From positions 120,001-152,000 of the forward strand of contig NC_020304.1 in NCBI RefSeq assembly GCF_000341395.1: a stretch of DNA of 32,000 nt. The letters are read 5' to 3'. A model generated the notes under the pieces. It saw nothing but the letters and a program-made list of their open reading frames with translations. It searched no databases and was not told the DNA's origin. The stretch comes from Desulfocapsa sulfexigens DSM 10523 (lineage in GTDB: Bacteria; Desulfobacterota; Desulfobulbia; Desulfobulbales; Desulfocapsaceae). Position numbers and translations under genes: made by a program. Positions 23,124 through 31,181 of this stretch are shown piece by piece; position 1 is the stretch's first letter; each line of letters opens with the position of its first letter.

Positions 23124-25745
23124 TCATTCGAGAGTCACTTGTCCATCAAGAACACATCTGACAGTTTCTGCCACATCTCTCTCACTAAGCGGCTTCAGGA
23201 TATATTTCTTTATGCCCAGGTCAAATGCCTCTTCCGGTGAAAGTGACTCTGTATATCCCGTACAGAGGATTATAGGCAGGTCAGGCCGAATTTGCAGCAC
23301 CGCCCGTGAGAGTTCATCACCGGTCAGTCCCGGCATTGTCTGGTCAGTAATGAGGAGATCAAAGGATTGCGGTTCAGCACGAAAACGTTCCAACGCCTTT
23401 GAACCACTGGTTTCTTTTGTTACGGTATATCCTAAACCTGTTAACAGATCTCCCAATATCTCGACAAGATCCCATTCATCATCCACGACAAGTATGCGCT
23501 CATCCCCCCTGGGAAGTGCACCTGCCTCTATTGTATTCTGTGCCACCTCAGTGTCTTCAGTTACCCGAGGCAGGAATACGTGAAAGACTGTGCCTTCACC
23601 CGGCTCACTGCCAACGGTTATAAAGCCCTTGCATTTCTTAACAATTCCATGGGTTACCGCCAGGCCAAGCCCCGTCCCACTGCCCTGTTTCTTAGTCGTG
23701 AAATAGGGTTCAAAAATTCTCTCCATTGTGGCCTCATCCATACCCTCACCGCTATCTCTTACCGATAGGACGACAAAAGAACCGGCCGCTATACCGGATT
23801 TCCCGACAAGTTGTTCCGGCCCCATCTCTATCCGGCTTAGACCTACTTCCAGACTTCCGTTCTTTTTACCGATGGCATGGGAGGCATTTGTGCAGAGGTT
23901 AATCACGACCTGATGAATATTGGTGGAATCAGCAAGAACCAGACCGCAATTTGGATCAATACGTGTCACTATATCGATAGTTGTTGGCAAAGAGGAGCGC
24001 AGCATCTTCAAAGACTCATTCACAATCAGATCAATGCGAAGGGGTTCTCTTTTGTGACTGTTTGAGCGGCTGAAGGTGAGTATCTGTTTGACAAGCTCTG
24101 CGGCCCTGTTTCCAGCATCTATCATCCTGCCCAGATATCTTTCCTCGTCACTCCCCACGGGCATTCTGGGTTTGATAATCTCTGCATAGCCGAGAATAGC
24201 AGCAAGGATATTATTGAAATCATGGGCAACCCCGCCGGCAAGGGTGCCGATGGCTTCCATCTTCTGCGCCTGGGTGAGTTCTTTCTCCAGCTTAATTTTC
24301 TCAGTAATATCCTGGGCAACATTTACGATATACTGAACCTCATGGTCTGGGTCCCGAAGAGGAGCAGAAGTCACCTGAAAAACTTTTTGCAAATGCTCAT
24401 GTTCAATGATGGCGTGATGTTTCTGATAATCGGTAAACGATGCCATGCCCGGACAGTCCCTGCATGGTTTTGACTTGCACTTAAACAAGTTGTGGCAGCA
24501 GGTTCCAAGTAACTCCTGCGGGGTCAACCCAAAACAGTCAAATGCTGCCCGATTTGCCCGGACAATTTTCATATTTCTGTCTTGAAGCGTTATAATATCA
24601 GGGATAGCATCAAATGTTTTTTCCCATTCATCTTTACTTCGCTGCAACTGTTTTGTTCGCTCGATAACCTGCTCTTCAAGAGAACTGTTCAGCTGTGCCA
24701 GTATCTCTCTGCGACTGTACTGCAGGTAAAATATGAAAAGAACCAGAGCAACCAGAAACAGGCTCAAACCCAAAACAATTCTATAATATTTTGCATTCTG
24801 AACAAAAACAGGAGAATGACTTCTAACAGTCAAAAAAGCCACCATCTCTTTTGTTACCGGGTTTAAAACAGGGATTGCGGTAAAGACCATATCTATGGAA
24901 GGATCATATAATGATGTGATTTTATGCGTATGGACATTGGCATGAATTGCGGCAACTATCTCCCCGCTCGGTTCCAGATCCTTCATCTTCCTGCTGGATA
25001 CTTTTTTTAGCACTGCCAACACATTATTGTCGTACATAAACCCTTTATGATGAGAACTTTTATAGAGCGTCTTGACTTCTCCCGGAAAAACCTTTCTCGT
25101 CGCAATATCCTCTCTAATATAAAAATTACTCAATACGTCATACTGTTTCATCAGAGTGGAGGTGAGGACCTCGGGACTGAAGGATATTTCAAAACTGCCC
25201 AGATGACTTTTGTCAACTGCTGTGATGGGAAAAACAAAGCGATAACCACCAGCGGCCCGCCCAATCTCAAAACCATCAATAGCGAGATGATTCTTATTCA
25301 TATACACGACTGTCTCACGAATGTTTGTCAGGTCATCTCCAAACTTTATCGGTCGATGAACACGCAAAAAAGACTCGTTATTCAACAGGTGAAAATGAAG
25401 TTGTTTCACCTTCATTTCTTTATTCAAATAGAGGTAACGGTGCTGAATTCTGGAGCGCAGTTCCTCTCGTAAAAGATTTTTCTGTTCCTCATCGGCCTGG
25501 GACAGTTTCTGATAGAAATCATGAATCTCAAATCTTTCCATCAGGCTGAAGCGAATATGTTCCGCCAGCTGCTTATGCTGAGCATAGATAGTATTGTAAG
25601 CGTCTTGATAGTTTTTTGAAATGAGCTGCAAATGCTGCTGTTGGCTCTGCTCTCTTGTCCTGTCCAATAAAAAGTACAACAGTGCTGCCAGGACGGCGAA
25701 AACAAGCAATAAAACAGCCTTGATGCGTATATTCTTGATTTTCAT
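23124..25745 (-). CDS. Hybrid sensor histidine kinase/response regulator (TM, Cache-like periplasmic domain, TM, Cys-rich PAS, HisKA, HATPase_c, REC)
   Basis: 873 aa. It has two hydrophobic segments (AVLLLVFAVLAALLYFLL and IVLGLSLFLVALVLFIFYL). These flank a ~290-aa domain with the Cache-type motif LHFHLLNNESFLRVHRPIKFGDDL. The H-box is GGVAHDFNNIL, the N-box NLCTNASHAI, and the G-boxes DSGEGM and GSGTGLGLAV. The receiver domain reads RILVVDDEWD...LLITDQTMPGLTG...PIILCTGY...K. Confidence 0.92.
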   Translation of the reverse strand: MKIKNIRIKAVLLLVFAVLAALLYFLLDRTREQSQQQHLQLISKNYQDAYNTIYAQHKQLAEHIRFSLMERFEIHDFYQKLSQADEEQKNLLREELRSRIQHRYLYLNKEMKVKQLHFHLLNNESFLRVHRPIKFGDDLTNIRETVVYMNKNHLAIDGFEIGRAAGGYRFVFPITAVDKSHLGSFEISFSPEVLTSTLMKQYDVLSNFYIREDIATRKVFPGEVKTLYKSSHHKGFMYDNNVLAVLKKVSSRKMKDLEPSGEIVAAIHANVHTHKITSLYDPSIDMVFTAIPVLNPVTKEMVAFLTVRSHSPVFVQNAKYYRIVLGLSLFLVALVLFIFYLQYSRREILAQLNSSLEEQVIERTKQLQRSKDEWEKTFDAIPDIITLQDRNMKIVRANRAAFDCFGLTPQELLGTCCHNLFKCKSKPCRDCPGMASFTDYQKHHAIIEHEHLQKVFQVTSAPLRDPDHEVQYIVNVAQDITEKIKLEKELTQAQKMEAIGTLAGGVAHDFNNILAAILGYAEIIKPRMPVGSDEERYLGRMIDAGNRAAELVKQILTFSRSNSHKREPLRIDLIVNESLKMLRSSLPTTIDIVTRIDPNCGLVLADSTNIHQVVINLCTNASHAIGKKNGSLEVGLSRIEMGPEQLVGKSGIAAGSFVVLSVRDSGEGMDEATMERIFEPYFTTKKQGSGTGLGLAVTHGIVKKCKGFITVGSEPGEGTVFHVFLPRVTEDTEVAQNTIEAGALPRGDERILVVDDEWDLVEILGDLLTGLGYTVTKETSGSKALERFRAEPQSFDLLITDQTMPGLTGDELSRAVLQIRPDLPIILCTGYTESLSPEEAFDLGIKKYILKPLSERDVAETVRCVLDGQVTLE

Positions 25746-27898
25746 TACACGTTCTTCAATTTATCATCAAGTAAACGCCTGACCGTCCGGGCAAGGATTT
25801 CCTTGCTCACAGGCTTTTCGATAAAACTTTTTATTCCAAGTGAACACACCTCATCCTCGGACAGAGCAGACGTATATCCTGTACAGAGAATTACAGGTAA
25901 ATCGGGCCTTACGGCAAGCATGGCCTGTGCCAGTTCGACACCGGTCACATCTGGCATGGTCTGATCGGTGAACACCAGGTCAAAGGAATCAGGAGATGCA
26001 AGAAACAGCTTCAATGCTGCTGTACTCCGCATCTCTGTGACCACACTGTACCCGAAGCCGTTCAGATAGATCTCAGTAACATCCAGAAGGTCCGGTTCAT
26101 CATCTACAACAAGTATTCTTTCATTGCCCATCGGGAGCTGAGTAGTCTCTTCAGAGGTGGACACAAGAGTCAGATTCTCCTGAACCTCAGGAAGGTACAC
26201 ACTAAAACAGCTCCCCTCTCCTGAACAACTCTCCACCTGAATAAAACCATGTATGTCCTCCACAATACCATGAATCACAGCTAGTCCAAGTCCCGTCCCC
26301 TCTCCCTTTTCCTTGGTAGTGAAATATGGCTCGAAAATTCGTGCTATGGTTTCCTCACTCATACCGTTGCCAGTGTCTTTCACCCTTAACAGTACAAAGA
26401 AACCTGCATCCACCAGTGGTTTGTCCGCAACCTGTTCAGCACTCAAACACACCCGATCCAGACTCACCTCCAGGATTCCCTTGGCGTTACCAATGGCCTG
26501 TGAGGCATTTGCACAAAGATTCACCACAATCTGATGGATACTCGTCGGGTTGGCGAGAACCGTCCCGTTTTCAGAGCGGACATTCGTTCGTATATCTATG
26601 GTGGTGGGCAATGAGGAGCGGAGCATTTTAAGCGCTTCTTTAACAATCAGATGGACATGTAAAGGTTCTTTTTTTTGTTCATTTTTCCTGCTGAAGGTAA
26701 GTATCTGCCTGACGAGTTCTGTGGCCCGCTTCCCAGCCAGTAAAACCTGGTTAATGTTTTCCTTTGCATTACTGCCTGTCGGAAGATCCATTTTTGTGAT
26801 TTCAGCATATCCGATGATTGCTGAAAGGATATTATTGAAATCGTGGGCAATCCCACCCGCCAGGGTACCAACTGCTTCCATCTTTTGAGCCTGATGCAAC
26901 TGATCCCTCAATTCGGCGTTTGTTTTTTCAGCGGCAAGCCTTCCGGTGATATCCCGACTCACTCCTTGATATCCTGCAAATACTCCTTCACTGTCAAAAA
27001 TCGGCTGACCTGACACCTCAACCATAACGGGATACCCATTTTTATGTTTTACTTCGAGCACTCTATCCTTAAAAGAAATACCCCATCTCGTGTAATGAAC
27101 CAAAAGCCCTTTATCTTTTACTGCATCATTCTCCCACAAAAAATCGCGATGGGAAAACCCTTTCACTTCCTCTGGCTCATAGCCCAATATTAGCTGAACT
27201 GAAGGGCTGGTATAGACAAACACACCATCCTTGTCTATTTCCCATACCCAGTCAGAGATATTCTCAATCAAATTCCGAAACCTGTTTTCACTGATCGAGA
27301 GTTCTGACGCCGTATCCAGAACCTTCTCCTTGAGTTGTACATTGAGAGCACGTAATATCTCGCCGGAGAGAGTGTTTCTTCTCTCATAAAATTGTACAAA
27401 AACAAGGGTAACAAGCAGAGGAAGAACACCATAGAAAATATCTGGAGCTGTATAGTTCTTCGCTTCACTGGTTGCACTGAAATATATAACCAGCAACAGT
27501 GACAAACTAAACAGTATGTAGGCCCATTTCTTTTCGGTGAGATAAAACGCCGTAATAATCAGAACCAGAAACCAGCTTATCCCGGCAATATCACTTGACA
27601 AAAACCTGTAGGTCAGGGAGATTATCACTAACGAGACAAACATGATCCAGAGGATGAGTGCCGGGAAAAGCCTTTGGGAACGTCTTGCAAGAAGGGCAAT
27701 AAGGATTGCCAGCGCAATGTAGACAAAGTCCACAGCCCCCTGCAGAGTATTACCGGTTGCAAAACGCAGCAGGCCGGCGATTGAAACAAGAAGCACATTA
27801 CTGCCGATAAGACAGTTGAACAGGATATATTTTAAACGTAACTCATACTCATCTTCGGAGAATTCAAAGCCACTCTGTAAGATATTCAAGAAGTTCAT
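25745..27898 (-). CDS. Hybrid sensor histidine kinase/response regulator (polytopic membrane N-terminus, PAS, HisKA, HATPase_c, REC)
   Basis: 717 aa. The first ~170 aa contain about 6 hydrophobic helices. The PAS domain reads NRFRNLIENISDWVWEIDKDGVFVYTSPSV. The H-box is GGIAHDFNNIL, the N-box NLCANASQAI, and the G-boxes DTGNGM and GEGTGLGLAV. The receiver domain reads RILVVDDEPD...LVFTDQTMPDVTG...PVILCTGY. Its TAA stop shares one base with the ATG of the downstream kinase (TAATG at 25743-25747). Confidence 0.92.
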   Translation of the reverse strand: MNFLNILQSGFEFSEDEYELRLKYILFNCLIGSNVLLVSIAGLLRFATGNTLQGAVDFVYIALAILIALLARRSQRLFPALILWIMFVSLVIISLTYRFLSSDIAGISWFLVLIITAFYLTEKKWAYILFSLSLLLVIYFSATSEAKNYTAPDIFYGVLPLLVTLVFVQFYERRNTLSGEILRALNVQLKEKVLDTASELSISENRFRNLIENISDWVWEIDKDGVFVYTSPSVQLILGYEPEEVKGFSHRDFLWENDAVKDKGLLVHYTRWGISFKDRVLEVKHKNGYPVMVEVSGQPIFDSEGVFAGYQGVSRDITGRLAAEKTNAELRDQLHQAQKMEAVGTLAGGIAHDFNNILSAIIGYAEITKMDLPTGSNAKENINQVLLAGKRATELVRQILTFSRKNEQKKEPLHVHLIVKEALKMLRSSLPTTIDIRTNVRSENGTVLANPTSIHQIVVNLCANASQAIGNAKGILEVSLDRVCLSAEQVADKPLVDAGFFVLLRVKDTGNGMSEETIARIFEPYFTTKEKGEGTGLGLAVIHGIVEDIHGFIQVESCSGEGSCFSVYLPEVQENLTLVSTSEETTQLPMGNERILVVDDEPDLLDVTEIYLNGFGYSVVTEMRSTAALKLFLASPDSFDLVFTDQTMPDVTGVELAQAMLAVRPDLPVILCTGYTSALSEDEVCSLGIKSFIEKPVSKEILARTVRRLLDDKLKNV

Positions 27899-28088
27899 AC
27901 TTTATCCCACCCGGACTGATCGCCAAGGATATATTACTGCAATACATACAGGAAGAGTGAGTTACAGCGTAACATACATTCTGCACCCAGACGGCCCTCC
28001 CTCTAATCATTTCCACATGCAGGAGCAGAACTCTTTATTCTATGGGATGCACTGTTTATTTGAAAGAAAAAAAACTGCCACAGTAGTA

Positions 28089-28637
28089 TTACAGGAACCA
28101 CGGAACAAACATCCTGCTCCGTTTCATATATGCCCTGTAGGAGGAGCCAAAAAAACGAATATTCTCCTGCTCCTCCACCCTTGCAGCAAGAAAAAGGAAG
28201 GCGCTCACGCCCAAAACCAGTCCCAAGGTTAAGGGCGTAGTATTTTTCAGACATGCCCCCCACCCGAGAAACAGCAGAGAGCTGTACATGGGATGCCGAA
28301 TATACCGATAGAGACCCGTATCAACCACATTGACCGTGTTCTCAAAAGCGTGATTTTCAGGAGTGCCTGGCCGATCCCCGTGGCCACCCCGTTTTTTCAA
28401 CATAATCAGGGCCTGGACAATAAAAGAGATTGAAACCGCCAGCAACAGCCAGGACAGGATATGAAGAGGTGAGCTTGGATCTACAAACCAATAGGGATGA
28501 TTCAACAGAACAAGAACCAGATTCCCTTCAAAGACAAAGAACCTGTAGAAACCGTGCGTTTTGGGATTGAGCAGAGAACGTCTGGAAACGTAAAGAAAGA
28601 AAAGAGTGCCGACAGTAAACAGAATAATTCGGGTCAT
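28089..28637 (-). CDS. Integral-membrane methyltransferase family protein (ICMT/PEMT-like)
   Basis: 182 aa with 4-5 hydrophobic helices. The C-terminal block VVDTGLYRYIRHPMYSSLLFLGWG...RVEEQENIRFFGSSYRAYMKR is typical of the isoprenylcysteine carboxyl methyltransferase / phospholipid methyltransferase family. Confidence 0.82.
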   Translation of the reverse strand: MTRIILFTVGTLFFLYVSRRSLLNPKTHGFYRFFVFEGNLVLVLLNHPYWFVDPSSPLHILSWLLLAVSISFIVQALIMLKKRGGHGDRPGTPENHAFENTVNVVDTGLYRYIRHPMYSSLLFLGWGACLKNTTPLTLGLVLGVSAFLFLAARVEEQENIRFFGSSYRAYMKRSRMFVPWFL

Positions 28638-28647
28638 AACACCTCGC

Positions 28648-30135
28648 TCACAAACAGATTTTTTTCCGGAACTCCTCTGGACCCAGGATCAGTTTGACGG
28701 TACTGAATGAACCCATAATAGTACCAATAACACCAGGCGCAACCACATTCTGCCCGGCGAGATACAGCCCCTGAACCGCGGTACGATTGAGCAGAGCAGT
28801 GGCCAGAGTCTGGCTTGAGGACCTTAGAACTCCATAGGCGCTGCCATCCGGGCTATTCACCCAATCGCGTATGGTGAGTGGCGTGTATGCATCCACCATC
28901 TTAAGTCTCTTCAAAGGACCAAACAATTCTTCCGCCTCAGCCACGAGAGCACTGGCCAGTTTATTTTTCGCTTCACCATAACCGGCATCACGTCGTCCTG
29001 TTTTGCTGTCCCTCCAGTCTTCCCAGAGAGCATCATTTCCCGATGTAAGGATTGACAGCAACGTACTGTTTTCAGTTTTGTTTTTTCTAAACTGATAATA
29101 TTTCAGATCTGTAATGTTCCCGTCAACGTCCGTTTCAACCTTAAAGGTATTGTGTGGCACTTCCGGATGCGTATCGGCATCGATACGAGCATGAACCGCA
29201 AAAATAGAGTGGGTATTTTCTAACCGTTTTATACGGTTTCGATATGATGGCTTCACCGCTCCGTCGGGCAGCATTCGTAAAACGACCTGGGGATGTACTG
29301 CCCCTATAACGATAGAGGCCGGCAGGTATTCTCCTGATTCAAGACGCACGCCGCCGACAACTCGTGAATCCACTGCTATACTGCTCACTTCAGCTGAGGT
29401 AATAAGCTTTCCCCCCAGCGCCTTGAAGCGATCGACAAGGACATCTGCCATATGAGCGCCACTCTTTTCCAGACGCCAGGATGAAGAGAGGTAGGAGGCA
29501 AGGGCCATATTATGATAATAGGCAGGACAATCCGCAATCGACACACCTATCCAGGAGGAGGGAATAGCAAGCACACTCCGCAGACCGGGAGAGCAACCAA
29601 GCTGATCCAGAATGTCCCCATAGGGTTCGGTTTGGTCGAGGAGAGAGAAATCTTCCGTTGCATACAAAGCATCAAGAGAGTGCAGTTGTTCGGAACTCTT
29701 TCGAATGGCTGCAACAACGTTTTCAATACAGGACGTTTCAGCAGGAAATGCTTTTCTGAGATTATTTTCGTAGGCATCAAAGCCGACGGGTAAATCAAAC
29801 TGAGGAGGGTGAGTTGCCGGAGCATCAAAGAGGTAGCGATCAATGACACCACTGGTTCCCATAGGTGTGACAGGGATAACATCGCGAACACCAAGATAAT
29901 CAAAAAATTTCCTGAGAACCTGGCCCTTACCGAGAGATCCGAGATAATGTACCCCAACCTCACATTCCATTCCATCCCTGGTATAACTACGGAGTAACCC
30001 CCCGGCCCGTCTGTTTTTCTCAACGACAGTCACATCATAGCCGAGACCGGCAAGGATTATCCCCGAGCTTAAACCGCCGATACCTGATCCGACAATGACC
30101 AGCTTTTCAGCGTCATGCTTCACTCCTGCCCTCAC
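28648..30135 (-). CDS. FAD/NAD(P)-dependent oxidoreductase, phytoene desaturase (CrtI)/amine-oxidase-like family
   Basis: 495 aa. The N-terminal dinucleotide fold is KLVIVGSGIGGLSSGIILAGLGYDVTVVEKNRRAGG. The C-terminal family motif is GLYLAGQNVVAPGVIGTIMGS. The start codon is GTG and overlaps the upstream stop (GTGA at 30132-30135). Confidence 0.87.
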   Translation of the reverse strand: MRAGVKHDAEKLVIVGSGIGGLSSGIILAGLGYDVTVVEKNRRAGGLLRSYTRDGMECEVGVHYLGSLGKGQVLRKFFDYLGVRDVIPVTPMGTSGVIDRYLFDAPATHPPQFDLPVGFDAYENNLRKAFPAETSCIENVVAAIRKSSEQLHSLDALYATEDFSLLDQTEPYGDILDQLGCSPGLRSVLAIPSSWIGVSIADCPAYYHNMALASYLSSSWRLEKSGAHMADVLVDRFKALGGKLITSAEVSSIAVDSRVVGGVRLESGEYLPASIVIGAVHPQVVLRMLPDGAVKPSYRNRIKRLENTHSIFAVHARIDADTHPEVPHNTFKVETDVDGNITDLKYYQFRKNKTENSTLLSILTSGNDALWEDWRDSKTGRRDAGYGEAKNKLASALVAEAEELFGPLKRLKMVDAYTPLTIRDWVNSPDGSAYGVLRSSSQTLATALLNRTAVQGLYLAGQNVVAPGVIGTIMGSFSTVKLILGPEEFRKKICL

Positions 30136-31166
30136 GGTTCACTTTTTTGATTCCGCCAGCAGGTGGGATCGGAGGCAAGATAATCGCCGGTAAGCTGATA
30201 GGCTGCTCCACGGCAGCCGTAACACTCCTCGGCCTTATCGCAGTCCCTGCATTCACCCCTAATCATCTCCCGATAATTCTTGAGATTCTGAATAACTTCA
30301 CTATTCTTCAAAATATGTGCAAGGCTGTTGTTGCGGATATTATCCAAGGGAATGGTCACCCCGACGCAGGGCATCACATCACCGGTTGCGGTCAGGAGGC
30401 AGGACACCTGATGGCGCATACATTTATTCCCGACAAGGGGAGGCTGGGGCTCCCACTCACGACCATACGTTTCCTGGTCAATTGCAGACAGCTCTGCAAA
30501 CAGATTTTTCAATTTTTCAGAATCAACGGTGAGCCAGCTATTTGTAATGGCATTTGCCTGGGGGGTGATCACCTCAAAATAAGGCTCCATTTTCTGGTCT
30601 CGAATCCACTTCCACATCTCGACCAGTTCATCAAAGTTTGTCTGGCAAATCACCGTTGAAAGAGCAAGGAAGAGATCAGAAGAGGGGTACCCTGCAACTT
30701 TCAGATTAGCAAAGGCAGTTTGAATAATATCATAGGCCCCTTCCCTTCCTGCCAGGCGATCCTGTACTTCCCGTTTCATGGAGTTCAGTTTTAATACCAC
30801 CCGGACTTTCAGTTTTGCCAAAAGCTGTGCAAGCTCACCATCCACTCCGGTTCCATTGGTAAACATTTCAATTTGAAAACCATGGTCATCCAGAAATCTC
30901 AGCATCTCAGGAAGATGTGGATAGATACTCGGCTCTCCACCCAGGATAATAATCTTTCTGGCCCCGAGCGCCTTGGCCTGAAGAAGCACATCCTTCAGCT
31001 CATCTTTTGTCAGTTCCCCTCTGCACTCCTTCTTCTCGGGCACATAACAGTATGAACAGCGAAAATTACAGATACGACTGAACTCTATTTCCATTGACAG
31101 GAGCCTGTCTTCGGCCACTGCGTTTTTTATTTCTTCTTCAGTAAATTCAAGATTATATAGCTGCAT
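30132..31166 (-). CDS. Radical SAM enzyme with a C-terminal SPASM-type auxiliary Fe-S domain
   Basis: 344 aa. The radical SAM cluster motif is CNFRCSYCY and a GGEPS motif is present. The C-terminal Cys-rich region CMRHQVSCLLTATGDVMPCVG...GECRDCDKAEECYGCRGAAY...DPTCW fits the SPASM pattern. Confidence 0.9.
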   Translation of the reverse strand: MQLYNLEFTEEEIKNAVAEDRLLSMEIEFSRICNFRCSYCYVPEKKECRGELTKDELKDVLLQAKALGARKIIILGGEPSIYPHLPEMLRFLDDHGFQIEMFTNGTGVDGELAQLLAKLKVRVVLKLNSMKREVQDRLAGREGAYDIIQTAFANLKVAGYPSSDLFLALSTVICQTNFDELVEMWKWIRDQKMEPYFEVITPQANAITNSWLTVDSEKLKNLFAELSAIDQETYGREWEPQPPLVGNKCMRHQVSCLLTATGDVMPCVGVTIPLDNIRNNSLAHILKNSEVIQNLKNYREMIRGECRDCDKAEECYGCRGAAYQLTGDYLASDPTCWRNQKSEP

Positions 31167-31181
31167 ATCATTCTTTTATAT

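Noticed and set aside
23212-27477. + strand ORFs inside the two kinase genes (e.g. 23212..23583, 25047..25472, 26550..26888) and the minus-strand alternative-frame ORFs 24122..24322, 26647..26871 and 27268..27477
   Set aside because: They are antisense to, or out of frame with, kinase ORFs that contain complete H, N, G1 and G2 boxes and receiver motifs.
27816-28263. ORFs 27816..28232 (+) and 28003..28263 (-) spanning the kinase/methyltransferase intergenic region
   Set aside because: They overlap the ends of supported genes and have no RBS or motifs. The region more likely holds the kinase promoter, which I could not pinpoint. The T8 run on the minus strand is preceded by only a 3-bp stem.
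29512-30659. ORFs 29512..29793 (+), 29547..30023 (-, alternative frame) and 30147..30659 (+, 170 aa)
   Set aside because: They lie within the oxidoreductase and SPASM radical SAM genes, whose own frames carry the GxGxxG and CxxxCxxC/SPASM motifs.
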